This document shows, piece after piece, positions 23,241 to 36,927 of a stretch of DNA of 64,000 nt; position 1 is the stretch's first letter, and each line of letters begins with the position of its first letter. Source of the DNA: Stegostoma tigrinum (lineage: Eukaryota); NCBI RefSeq assembly GCF_030684315.1, contig NC_081370.1, forward strand, positions 34,180,728 to 34,244,727, written 5' to 3'. The notes under the pieces were generated by a model. That model made no database searches. It had not been told where the DNA came from and was given only the letters and a program-made list of their open reading frames with translations. The translations under genes were made by a program, and so were the position numbers.

Positions 23241-24112
23241 ATGCAATTATTTAAAACTAAGTGCAATTAAAAATAATTATCTGAATGAAACAGGTGATCT
23301 AATACAAAACTGTAATGATTGAATCTGTTGAAGCCCTGGAAAATTTGGATGGAGATGACAGTGTGATTTAATTCCTGACTTTGCATGACAGACACACTGC
23401 ACATTTTTCTTGGCTGCTAACTTCACTTTTCTGCCAATGAAATGCATTCTGTTAATTGAATTCAAGTATCAGCAGGGCCTTATATTGCCAGAAGGAGAAG
23501 TTACCAAAACCAAATCTCCATTTCATACAGTGGCCTCGTATAGTTACTGCACAGACTGGAGAAATCCTTTTGAAAATAAAATTCTGCTCTGGCCTGATTA
23601 ACATCCGCCACGTTATTCAAAACATGCAGGATACAAGTACAGTTCAGAGAATATTTCCCCTTTTGATCCTTTGCACAATTGGTACAACTGTTACGGACAT
23701 CATTCCACTCGTTTCTCTCTGTGGCAGAGTCAAATTGTTGGGTGATGCACTTGCATTCCAGTGCTTGAGCAAATTTGGTTTAGTAACCTCCAGAACATCA
23801 ATGTTGAAAAGATACATTTTCATAGATAACATCACAATCAGGCAAGATGACATTTCCGATTTGTCAACATCAAGAACTGCTTACTTTTTAACCTGAGTTC
23901 TGTCCCTCCAGAAAACAACATGGGTTGTACAATGATTTGACCACTTTCCAATATTGTGCAAGTTCATTCCAGGTTATTTGAATCACCAAACTATTGCATT
24001 CATTGTACTGATCTCAAGGTAACATGTGTGAATGTCATTCTTGCACAAAAGCACTACTCTCTTATATTACTGGGCTTACTCTGCACATCTTGTATTTTTT
24101 ATTATGATGTAG

Positions 24113-24190
24113 AATCACCAGTAACAACTGAATCTCATCAAAATGCTGCTACGAATAAAGAAGGTGCAGAGGATCAATCAAAACAGAACG
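24113..24190 (+). CDS. Cytoplasmic repeat exon E, unit 1 (78 bp)
   Basis: tcttgtattttttattatgatgtag|AA...AACG|gtgcgt; phase 1-1; encodes (Q/E)SPVTTESHQNAATNKEGAEDQSKQN. Confidence 0.75.
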
Positions 24191-24954
24191 GTGCGTTATC
24201 ATGATATAAAAATGTGACTAATTAATAAGTAATTATTTGGGTGCAAGGCCAGAACTAATGCAAAACTCTGACAATGGAATTTGACAAAGCCCTTTTAAAC
24301 TAAGTAAATCGAGTTGACTGTACATATTTAATGGTGCATTATGCATTTTCGGTACCTGCTACATCATTTAACTTCAGTGAGCTTTAACGACATCCAACTT
24401 GTACATTGGCTTCTTGCATGAGTAGGTCCTTATATTGTGAGTAGCACAAGTTACTCAAAGACAACATCCAGCTCCTAAACTGACTTACATTGTTACCTCA
24501 AAATGGGGTACACACACACATTCCGAAAATAAACTTTTGCTCTGACATTTCAACCAATGGTTAACATGTGTGAGATATAAAGCACTAAGCTTTTCACTAG
24601 GTGCAAAATTAGAGATCCAGGTGGAAAAATTAAAAAGGAGCATTGTGCTGTGTTCTGAGGGGAGCACGACGTATTCATGCAGGTATTCAGAAGCTAATAG
24701 AAAGAGAGCAGGTGAATTTCAGAATGTTGCTCCAAGCCCATGGATGCTGTTCAGGAAGAACTTTAAAAATCTGACTCAATTTGACCATATGAATGAGTTC
24801 ATATAGAGAGGGCATCCATGCCAACTACACCATTCAGCCCATTCACCACATCTCCAACATCTAATTCCCAACAGCCAGCCTTCAAATACAAACTAATGTC
24901 ATGAACTCCTGAATCACTCACTGAACACAATTTGCACACACAACATTAAGCCGT

Positions 24955-25105
24955 TAAAAGAAAAGAGAAATTGCTGGAGAAGCTCACCAGATCTGGTAGC
25001 ATCGATGAAGAGAAATCAGAGTTAACATTTTAGGTCTGGTGGCCAATCCGAGCATCCTCTGTTTTTGTTTCTGCTTTGAAGCACCTGCAGTGCTTTCAAT
25101 AGTTT
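24955..25105. mobile_element. Decayed Penelope pLTR-derived fragment, one per unit
   Basis: aaattgctggagaagctcaccagatctggtagcatcgatgaagagaaatcagagttaac is similar to 8750-8810. Confidence 0.55.
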
Positions 25106-28044
25106 TATTTCATGGCACTTTGTGGCTTTTCACTACCTGCTGCATTATTTGACTTCAGTGTGCTTCAACAAAATCCAAATTGTTCATTAGGTCCTTGCAG
25201 GAATAGGTCATAAAATTTGAGAAGCACAAATTTTTTAAGACAATCTCCATCTCCTAGATGGCCTTACATTGTTCCTCTAAAAGGTTGGTGCACACATTTT
25301 TGAAATAATCTTGTGCTCTGACTTTTCGACCAGTGGTTAAAATGTATGACGTAGAATGTACTAACCTTTTCACTCGACACAGAATTAAAGGTCCAGGTAG
25401 AGAAATTGAAAAGGAGCAATGTACTGGTATTATAAATATTTATCTGAGTGAAGTACCTGATCTAGTACAAAACGATAACGATTGAATTTGATCAAGCCCT
25501 GAAGACATTAAAATTCTAACTTGATACCACAATGCCCAACTCAACCCCTCATCTATCCTAATCTCTTTTCCACATACCTGCCAGCCTACCATTTCACCCA
25601 CCAGCACTCTATCTCCTCATACACCTCCCATCATCACCCCATGCACACCAGTTTCCCATCTCCTCACACACCTACCATCATCACCCTACACCGACCAGCA
25701 CCCTATCCCCTCACACACCTCCCATCATCACCCTACACCCACCAGCACCCTATCCCCTCACACACCTCCCATCATCACCCTACACCCACCAGCACCCTAT
25801 CCCCTCACACGCCTCCCATCATCACCCTACATCCACCAGCACCCTATCCCCTCACACGCCTCCCATCATCACCCTACACCCACCAGCACCCATATCCCCT
25901 CACACGCCTCCCATCATCACCCTACATCCACCAGCACCCTATCCCCTCACACACCTCCCATCTTCACCCTACACCCACCAGCACACTATCTCCTCACACA
26001 CCTCATGCCCTAACCCTCAACTTCTGACGCTGTAAACCCTATACCACTCTGCCCTCAAGAAACACCTTAATTCTGACACAGTAACTGTCCCTGTATTGAT
26101 CTCCACCCTTCATTCGTATCCTCCAAACATCTGCCAAACTTCTGCAACTCTCTCCAACTCATTCCTGTACATACTTTGAGCACTTACACTTCCACGCAAT
26201 GTGTCAGACTGGCTGCTGGATATTTACACCACAGCATATAGCACTGACTGCTGTCAATGGAGGCTTGCGTGGAGACTGTCTGATGAAGGGTGTAGGCCTG
26301 AAACGTCAGCTTTTGTGCTCCTGAGATGCAGCTGGGCCTGCTGTGTTCGTCCAGCCTCACACTTTATTATACTGGCTTGCAACTCATAATGCTTTTCCCC
26401 AGTGCAGCCTCCGGTGGTTCCTGGACAGGCTTTTTTGTGACGGTATGTTTCTGTCCAGGGAAATCCAGAGGAGAAGCTTGAAAAGTGTCAGTGATTAATT
26501 TGTTTTTGATCTTTTTGGCAATGGTATCCCCCGCCCCGATCACAAATTTTAGACCTGCCTGTTAAATTTCCAATCTAGAAATTGAGCAAGTACTTTGACA
26601 AATACAGAGAACACTTTTGATGGAATGATGTATTCCTACATTTGGAGGAAGCAAAACAGGTGAATTTCAGAATTTTGCGCCAAGACCATGAATGCTGTTC
26701 TGGAAGACCTTTAATAACCTGATTGTGCCTGAGTTCATTTACAAAAGGCATTTCCTGCCAACTGCACCACAAACCATATTTACTACATCTCCATCATCTA
26801 ACTGCCAATAATCAGTTCTCAAATCTCAATTTACCTGCTGAACTCATTAATCTCACATTGAACGCTGTGTCAAAACTTACATCCATAACTCAACGCACAA
26901 ATAGTGGCAGCTTTTCAATGATGTAGAATTCAATGATTGTACACTTTTCCAAAATCTTTTATCATCTAAGATGATTGCACAAGAAACAGAGATTTCCCAG
27001 AGCTGTGCTTACCTGTGAAAGATGAAAGCAGTTGGTCATGAATACAGTGCCATTCAACATGCATGACCTTCAATGAAATGTGTACATACCTGACCCGAAC
27101 CATGACCAGGTTCCTGACAACAATAGCTGTCCTTCTGGTAGTGACAGCATCAGCACTTAGGAAACTCTGCCCACCAAGATCACTGGGGTCTGTCTGCCTA
27201 TCTTCTTGCCCCAAACCTACTGACCTCAGGCATAAGCATAGATACTTCCTGCAGGTGCAGGTTCAGCAATAGTTACCACTGATGATGGGACTGCTGAGAC
27301 TGCCAATATTGATGGCTGTCTAATAGGACACATGGATCTAGATGGACAGGTCATTCTATTTGCAAGATGGCAGCCTCAGCCATCAGCAACCTGGGTGAGA
27401 AATTACACCAAAGCTGATTGGTTACTGAATTGTACCTGTGGGGGACCTCCTTATTCTCTGGAATATCAACCATAAACACACTTCAGCAAGCATTACCCTT
27501 TTTGTCCTTGGCACTATTGGTGCCATTCTAGTATCCATCATTCAGCACATTCTCATTATGTCAGATTGTTGTGTCGTGAATGTCCCATCCCAGTGCTTGA
27601 GCAAATTCCATCTTGGAAACTCCAGAACATCATTATTGGAAAGACACATTTTCATAGTTGACATCATTTGGGTAAGTTATAATTCCTGGTAACTCAAATT
27701 CAAGAATTGATGACATTTTCATCTGAGAACTCCAGTAATCTATCTTGTAGAAAAACATTTGATTTGTTCAATGATTTGATCACTTTGAGACATTTTGCAA
27801 CTGCAGTACAGGACTATTTGAATCACCAAGTTATCGAGTTCTTCAAAAAATAGCTACTTTGCATTGACTGAGGTAAAAGAAGAATGGGGTGTATATGCAC
27901 AGTGAGTAGCAGCTCTGCAAAGATAGAGACAATATTAATGCAGCATTAATCTGAAAACTGGTATAATATATCTTGAGGTAAATTTGTAAAGATCTTATGT
28001 TACTAGGTTTACCCTGACTATCTTGTATCTTTATGATGATGTAG

Positions 28045-28125
28045 AATCACAAGAGGTCTCTGAAAGTCAACAAAGTCATACTTGGGATACAAAACAAGAT
28101 ACAGAGAATCAGTCATTAGAGAAAC
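28045..28125 (+). CDS. Repeat exon C, unit 2
   Basis: Same sequence and splice sites as 21676-21756. Confidence 0.72.
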
Positions 28126-30481
28126 GTAAGTTGCTACAATTTAAAAGTGTGACCAATTAAGAAATTGTCTGGGTGCAATACCTGATCTAATGCAATACTC
28201 TCACACTGGAATTGAATCATTGCCTGCTAAATTGGTACAGGTCTGACAGTATGTGTTTAATTCTTGTCTCTGGATCACAGGCTGTGCTGTACCATTTGCT
28301 ACCTGCTGACTTACTTGATTTCAGGATGCTGCCAATGATATCCATGTTGTTCATTGGATGCATGCATTAGCAGAACCTTTTATTGTGCGAGGCTAAAGTT
28401 ACTTAAAGACAATCTCCAGCTCTGATAGGAGGAGTTGTTATTGCAAAAATTAGTGCACTCAGTTGCAAAATAAACTTATGCTCTGATGCTTTGACCAAAA
28501 GTTAACTGTGTGAGGTAGCATCCAGTGAAGTCTTTCAGGAGGCTCAGAACTAGAGAACTAGGGTCAGCTATGAAAGAAGAAAGCCCTTCGGCCAGAAGTC
28601 AGTGCCATTGAACATACGTGAACTCAATTGGATATATGAATAGATTCTATCTAGCCCATGAACAGGCTGTTTAGTAGCTAAAGGCATCCCGAAGGCAGTG
28701 ACAGCATCAGCATTCTGGGCAACCTCAGCCCTTTAAGATCACCACGGTCAAATGGGAGAAAGGTTGTCTCCTTGCGAAATGATGGCCTCGACCATGAGCA
28801 ACACTGGGTCCTACATTGCACCAAAGTAGATTTATTTATAACGTTGCAGCTGGGGGATGACCTCCCTACTCATCAGAATATTCAAACCCAAATATCCTTT
28901 GGAAAGGATCTCCTATTTGATTCGTTTGCACTACTGATGCGAATCTAATGTCCACCATTCAGCACTTGTCCTATGTGTCAGATCATTCTGTGCTGATCTC
29001 CATTCTCAGTTCTAAGGCAAATTCCATCATGGAACCTCCAGTACACCATGATTGAAAAGATACAGTTTGGCAGTTGAAATCACTTGGGGAAAGTAAAATT
29101 TCTGTCTTCTCAAATTCAAGACTTGATTGGCGTTTTCTGACAAAAATGCAATGATCAATCCTTGCAACTAACTGTATGATTTGTACAATGATTTGACCAC
29201 TTCAAGACATTTCACATGTGCACACCAGGACCATTTGAATCACTGATACATAGAATTCTTCAAAGAATAATTGTCCGAGGTAAATGTATAGCATCAACAG
29301 AAGCACAGGACAAATGACACACAGTGAGCAGCAGCTCTGCAATACTTCAGAGAAAATTAACGCAGCACTCATAAGAAGATTTGCCTCATCTGTGCATAGA
29401 TGTATTTGGACTGAGCTCAAATGAACGTGCGAACTACGTGAACGCACAAAATCATTTTCACTGCGGTTTCTACTTGCTTATGTAGCTGAGTTTATGCTAT
29501 CTTGTATTTTTGTGATGATATAGAAACACTGATCATTGCTGAGCATGAACAAAGCATTGCTACAAATACAAAAAAAAGACACAGAGGATCACTCAAAAGG
29601 GAAAGATAGATGCAATTATTTAAAACTAAGTGCAATTAAAAATAATTATCTGAATGAAACAGGTGATCTAATACAAAACTGTAATGATTGAATCTGTTGA
29701 AGCCCTGGAAAATTTGGATGGAGATGACAGTGTGATTTAATTCCTGACTTTGCATGACAGACACACTGCACATTTTTCTTGGCTGCTAACTTCACTTTTC
29801 TGCCAATGAAATGCATTCTGTTAATTGAATTCAAGTATCAGCAGGGCCTTATATTGCCAGAAGGAGAAGTTACCAAAACCAAATCTCCATTTCATACAGT
29901 GGCCTCGTATAGTTACTGCACAGACTGGAGAAATCCTTTTGAAAATAAAATTCTGCTCTGGCCTGATTAACATCCGCCACGTTATTCAAAACATGCAGGA
30001 TACAAGTACAGTTCAGAGAATATTTCCCCTTTTGATCCTTTGCACAATTGGTACAACTGTTACGGACATCATTCCACTCGTTTCTCTCTGTGGCAGAGTC
30101 AAATTGTTGGGTGATGCACTTGCATTCCAGTGCTTGAGCAAATTTGGTTTAGTAACCTCCAGAACATCAATGTTGAAAAGATACATTTTCATAGATAACA
30201 TCACAATCAGGCAAGATGACATTTCCGATTTGTCAACATCAAGAACTGCTTACTTTTTAACCTGAGTTCTGTCCCTCCAGAAAACAACATGGGTTGTACA
30301 ATGATTTGACCACTTTCCAATATTGTGCAAGTTCATTCCAGGTTATTTGAATCACCAAACTATTGCATTCATTGTACTGATCTCAAGGTAACATGTGTGA
30401 ATGTCATTCTTGCACAAAAGCACTACTCTCTTATATTACTGGGCTTACTCTGCACATCTTGTATTTTTTATTATGATGTAG

Positions 30482-30559
30482 AATCACCAGTAACAACTGA
30501 ATCTCATCAAAATGCTGCTACGAATAAAGAAGGTGCAGAGGATCAATCAAAACAGAACG
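30482..30559 (+). CDS. Repeat exon E, unit 2
   Basis: Same sequence and splice sites as 24113-24190. Confidence 0.7.
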
Positions 30560-33500
30560 GTGCGTTATCATGATATAAAATGTGACTAATTAATAAGTAA
30601 TTATTTGGGTGCAAGGCCAGAACTAATGCAAAACTCTGACAATGGAATTTGACAAAGCCCTTTTAAACTAAGTAAATCGAGTTGACTGTACATATTTAAT
30701 GGTGCATTATGCATTTTCGGTACCTGCTACATCATTTAACTTCAGTGAGCTTTAACGACATCCAACTTGTACATTGGCTTCTTGCATGAGTAGGTCCTTA
30801 TATTGTGAGTAGCACAAGTTACTCAAAGACAACATCCAGCTCCTAAACTGACTTACATTGTTACCTCAAAATGGGGTACACACACACATTCCGAAAATAA
30901 ACTTTTGCTCTGACATTTCAACCAATGGTTAACATGTGTGAGATATAAAGCACTAAGCTTTTCACTAGGTGCAAAATTAGAGATCCAGGTGGAAAAATTA
31001 AAAAGGAGCATTGTGCTGTGTTCTGAGGGGAGCACGACGTATTCATGCAGGTATTCAGAAGCTAATAGAAAGAGAGCAGGTGAATTTCAGAATGTTGCTC
31101 CAAGCCCATGGATGCTGTTCAGGAAGAACTTTAAAAATCTGACTCAATTTGACCATATGAATGAGTTCATATAGAGAGGGCATCCATGCCAACTACACCA
31201 TTCAGCCCATTCACCACATCTCCAACATCTAATTCCCAACAGCCAGCCTTCAAATACAAACTAATGTCATGAACTCCTGAATCACTCACTGAACACAATT
31301 TGCACACACAACATTAAGCCGTTAAAAGAAAAGAGAAATTGCTGGAGAAGCTCACCAGATCTGGTAGCATCGATGAAGAGAAATCAGAGTTAACGTTTTA
31401 GGTCTGGTGGCCAATCCGAGCATCCTCTGTTTTTGTTTCTGCTTTGAAGCACCTGCAGTGCTTTCAATAGTTTTATTTCATGGCACGTTGTGGCTTTTCA
31501 CTACCTGCTGCATTATTTGACTTCAGTGTGCTTCAACAAAATCCAAATTGTTCATTAGGTCCTTGCAGGAATAGGTCATAAAATTTGAGAAGCACAAATT
31601 TTTTAAGACAATCTCCATCTCCTAGATGGCCTTACATTGTTCCTCTAAAAGGTTGGTGCACACATTTTTGAAATAATCTTGTGCTCTGACTTTTCGACCA
31701 GTGGTTAAAATGTATGACGTAGAATGTACTAACCTTTTCACTCGACACAGAATTAAAGGTCCAGGTAGAGAAATTGAAAAGGAGCAATGTACTGGTATTA
31801 TAAATATTTATCTGAGTGAAGTACCTGATCTAGTACAAAACGATAACGATTGAATTTGATCAAGCCCTGAAGACATTAAAATTCTAACTTGATACCACAA
31901 TGCCCAACTCAACCCCTCATCTATCCTAATCTCTTTTCCACATACCTGCCAGCCTACCATTTCACCCACCAGCACTCTATCTCCTCATACACCTCCCATC
32001 ATCACCCCATGCACACCAGTTTCCCATCTCCTCACACACCTACCATCATCACCCTACACCGACCAGCACCCTATCCCCTCACACACCTCCCATCATCACC
32101 CTACACCCACCAGCACCCTATCCCCTCACACACCTCCCATCATCACCCTACACCCACCAGCACCCTATCCCCTCACACGCCTCCCATCATCACCCTACAT
32201 CCACCAGCACCCTATCCCCTCACACGCCTCCCATCATCACCCTACACCCACCAGCACCCATATCCCCTCACACGCCTCCCATCATCACCCTACATCCACC
32301 AGCACCCTATCCCCTCACACACCTCCCATCTTCACCCTACACCCACCAGCACACTATCTCCTCACACACCTCATGCCCTAACCCTCAACTTCTGACGCTG
32401 TAAACCCTATACCACTCTGCCCTCAAGAAACACCTTAATTCTGACACAGTAACTGTCCCTGTATTGATCTCCACCCTTCATTCGTATCCTCCAAACATCT
32501 GCCAAACTTCTGCAACTCTCTCCAACTCATTCCTGTACATACTTTGAGCACTTACACTTCCACGCAATGTGTCAGACTGGCTGCTGGATATTTACACCAC
32601 AGCATATAGCACTGACTGCTGTCAATGGAGGCTTGCGTGGAGACTGTCTGATGAAGGGTGTAGGCCTGAAACGTCAGCTTTTGTGCTCCTGAGATGCAGC
32701 TGGGCCTGCTGTGTTCGTCCAGCCTCACACTTTATTATACTGGCTTGCAACTCATAATGCTTTTCCCCAGTGCAGCCTCCGGTGGTTCCTGGACAGGCTT
32801 TTTTGTGACGGTATGTTTCTGTCCAGGGAAATCCAGAGGAGAAGCTTGAAAAGTGTCAGTGATTAATTTGTTTTTGATCTTTTTGGCAATGGTATCCCCC
32901 GCCCCGATCACAAATTTTAGACCTGCCTGTTAAATTTCCAATCTAGAAATTGAGCAAGTACTTTGACAAATACAGAGAACAGTTTTGATGGAATGATGTA
33001 TTCCTACATTTGGAGGAAGCAAAACAGGTGAATTTCAGAATTTTGCGCCAAGACCATGAATGCTGTTCTGGAAGACCTTTAATAACCTGATTGTGCCTGA
33101 GTTCATTTACAAAAGGCATTTCCTGCCAACTGCACCACAAACCATATTTACTACATCTCCATCATCTAACTGCCAATAATCAGTTCTCAAATCTCAATTT
33201 ACCTGCTGAACTCATTAATCTCACATTGAACGCTGTGTCAAAACTTACATCCATAACTCAACGCACAAATAGTGGCAGCTTTTCAATGATGTAGAATTCA
33301 ATGATTGTACACTTTTCCAAAATCTTTTATCATCTAAGATGATTGCACAAGAAACAGAGATTTCCCAGAGCTGTGCTTACCTGTGAAAGATGAAAGCAGT
33401 TGGTCATGAATACAGTGCCATTCAACATGCATGACCTTCAATGAAATGTGTACATACCTGACCCGAACCATGATCAGGTTCCTGACAACAATAGCTGTCC

Positions 33501-34412
33501 TTCTGGTAGTGACAGCATCAGCACTTAGGAAACTCTGCCCACCAAGATCACTGGGGTCTGTCTGCCTATCTTCTTGCCCCAAACCTACTGACCTCAGGCA
33601 TAAGCATAGATACTTCCTGCAGGTGCAGGTTCAGCAATAGTTACCACTGATGATGGGACTGCTGAGACTGCCAATATTGATGGCTGTCTAATAGGACACA
33701 TGGATCTAGATGGACAGGTCATTCTATTTGCAAGATGGCAGCCTCAGCCATCAGCAACCTGGGTGAGAAATTACACCAAAGCTGATTGGTTACTGAATTG
33801 TACCTGTGGGGGACCTCCTTATTCTCTGGAATATCAACCATAAACACACTTCAGCAAGCATTACCCTTTTTGTCCTTGGCACTATTGGTGCCATTCTAGT
33901 ATCCATCATTCAGCACATTCTCATTATGTCAGATTGTTGTGTCGTGAATGTCCCATCCCAGTGCTTGAGCAAATTCCATCTTGGAAACTCCAGAACATCA
34001 TTATTGGAAAGACACATTTTCATAGTTGACATCATTTGGGTAAGTTATAATTCCTGGTAACTCAAATTCAAGAATTGATGACATTTTCATCTGAGAACTC
34101 CAGTAATCTATCTTGTAGAAAAACATTTGATTTGTTCAATGATTTGATCACTTTGAGACATTTTGCAACTGCAGTACAGGACTATTTGAATCACCAAGTT
34201 ATCGAGTTCTTCAAAAAATAGCTACTTTGCATTGACTGAGGTAAAAGAAGAATGGGGTGTATATGCACAGTGAGTAGCAGCTCTGCAAAGATAGAGACAA
34301 TATTAATGCAGCATTAATCTGAAAACTGGTATAATATATCTTGAGGTAAATTTGTAAAGATCTTATGTTACTAGGTTTACCCTGACTATCTTGTATCTTT
34401 ATGATGATGTAG

Positions 34413-34493
34413 AATCACAAGAGGTCTCTGAAAGTCAACAAAGTCATACTTGGGATACAAAACAAGATACAGAGAATCAGTCATTAGAGAAAC
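34413..34493 (+). CDS. Repeat exon C, unit 3
   Basis: Same as unit 1 exon C. Confidence 0.72.
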
Positions 34494-36849
34494 GTAAGTT
34501 GCTACAATTTAAAAGTGTGACCAATTAAGAAATTGTCTGGGTGCAATACCTGATCTAATGCAATACTCTCACACTGGAATTGAATCATTGCCTGCTAAAT
34601 TGGTACAGGTCTGACAGTATGTGTTTAATTCTTGTCTCTGGATCACAGGCTGTGCTGTACCATTTGCTACCTGCTGACTTACTTGATTTCAGGATGCTGC
34701 CAATGATATCCATGTTGTTCATTGGATGCATGCATTAGCAGAACCTTTTATTGTGCGAGGCTAAAGTTACTTAAAGACAATCTCCAGCTCTGATAGGAGG
34801 AGTTGTTATTGCAAAAATTAGTGCACTCAGTTGCAAAATAAACTTATGCTCTGATGCTTTGACCAAAAGTTAACTGTGTGAGGTAGCATCCAGTGAAGTC
34901 TTTCAGGAGGCTCAGAACTAGAGAACTAGGGTCAGCTATGAAAGAAGAAAGCCCTTCGGCCAGAAGTCAGTGCCATTGAACATACGTGAACTCAATTGGA
35001 TATATGAATAGATTCTATCTAGCCCATGAACAGGCTGTTTAGTAGCTAAAGGCATCCCGAAGGCAGTGACAGCATCAGCATTCTGGGCAACCTCAGCCCT
35101 TTAAGATCACCACGGTCAAATGGGAGAAAGGTTGTCTCCTTGCGAAATGATGGCCTCGACCATGAGCAACACTGGGTCCTACATTGCACCAAAGTAGATT
35201 TATTTATAACGTTGCAGCTGGGGGATGACCTCCCTACTCATCAGAATATTCAAACCCAAATATCCTTTGGAAAGGATCTCCTATTTGATTCGTTTGCACT
35301 ACTGATGCGAATCTAATGTCCACCATTCAGCACTTGTCCTATGTGTCAGATCATTCTGTGCTGATCTCCATTCTCAGTTCTAAGGCAAATTCCATCATGG
35401 AACCTCCAGTACACCATGATTGAAAAGATACAGTTTGGCAGTTGAAATCACTTGGGGAAAGTAAAATTTCTGTCTTCTCAAATTCAAGACTTGATTGGCG
35501 TTTTCTGACAAAAATGCAATGATCAATCCTTGCAACTAACTGTATGATTTGTACAATGATTTGACCACTTCAAGACATTTCACATGTGCACACCAGGACC
35601 ATTTGAATCACTGATACATAGAATTCTTCAAAGAATAATTGTCCGAGGTAAATGTATAGCATCAACAGAAGCACAGGACAAATGACACACAGTGAGCAGC
35701 AGCTCTGCAATACTTCAGAGAAAATTAACGCAGCACTCATAAGAAGATTTGCCTCATCTGTGCATAGATGTATTTGGACTGAGCTCAAATGAACGTGCGA
35801 ACTACGTGAACGCACAAAATCATTTTCACTGCGGTTTCTACTTGCTTATGTAGCTGAGTTTATGCTATCTTGTATTTTTGTGATGATATAGAAACACTGA
35901 TCATTGCTGAGCATGAACAAAGCATTGCTACAAATACAAAAAAAAGACACAGAGGATCACTCAAAAGGGAAAGATAGATGCAATTATTTAAAACTAAGTG
36001 CAATTAAAAATAATTATCTGAATGAAACAGGTGATCTAATACAAAACTGTAATGATTGAATCTGTTGAAGCCCTGGAAAATTTGGATGGAGATGACAGTG
36101 TGATTTAATTCCTGACTTTGCATGACAGACACACTGCACATTTTTCTTGGCTGCTAACTTCACTTTTCTGCCAATGAAATGCATTCTGTTAATTGAATTC
36201 AAGTATCAGCAGGGCCTTATATTGCCAGAAGGAGAAGTTACCAAAACCAAATCTCCATTTCATACAGTGGCCTCGTATAGTTACTGCACAGACTGGAGAA
36301 ATCCTTTTGAAAATAAAATTCTGCTCTGGCCTGATTAACATCCGCCACGTTATTCAAAACATGCAGGATACAAGTACAGTTCAGAGAATATTTCCCCTTT
36401 TGATCCTTTGCACAATTGGTACAACTGTTACGGACATCATTCCACTCGTTTCTCTCTGTGGCAGAGTCAAATTGTTGGGTGATGCACTTGCATTCCAGTG
36501 CTTGAGCAAATTTGGTTTAGTAACCTCCAGAACATCAATGTTGAAAAGATACATTTTCATAGATAACATCACAATCAGGCAAGATGACATTTCCGATTTG
36601 TCAACATCAAGAACTGCTTACTTTTTAACCTGAGTTCTGTCCCTCCAGAAAACAACATGGGTTGTACAATGATTTGACCACTTTCCAATATTGTGCAAGT
36701 TCATTCCAGGTTATTTGAATCACCAAACTATTGCATTCATTGTACTGATCTCAAGGTAACATGTGTGAATGTCATTCTTGCACAAAAGCACTACTCTCTT
36801 ATATTACTGGGCTTACTCTGCACATCTTGTATTTTTTATTATGATGTAG

Positions 36850-36927
36850 AATCACCAGTAACAACTGAATCTCATCAAAATGCTGCTACGAATAAAGAAG
36901 GTGCAGAGGATCAATCAAAACAGAACG
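36850..36927 (+). CDS. Repeat exon E, unit 3
   Basis: Same as unit 1 exon E. Confidence 0.7.

Noticed and set aside
23456-23896. 146-aa ORF and the other 60-85-aa ORFs recurring in every unit
   Set aside because: They recur only because the DNA is duplicated. They have no recognisable domain, and the homologous blocks in sister monomers do not keep the frame.
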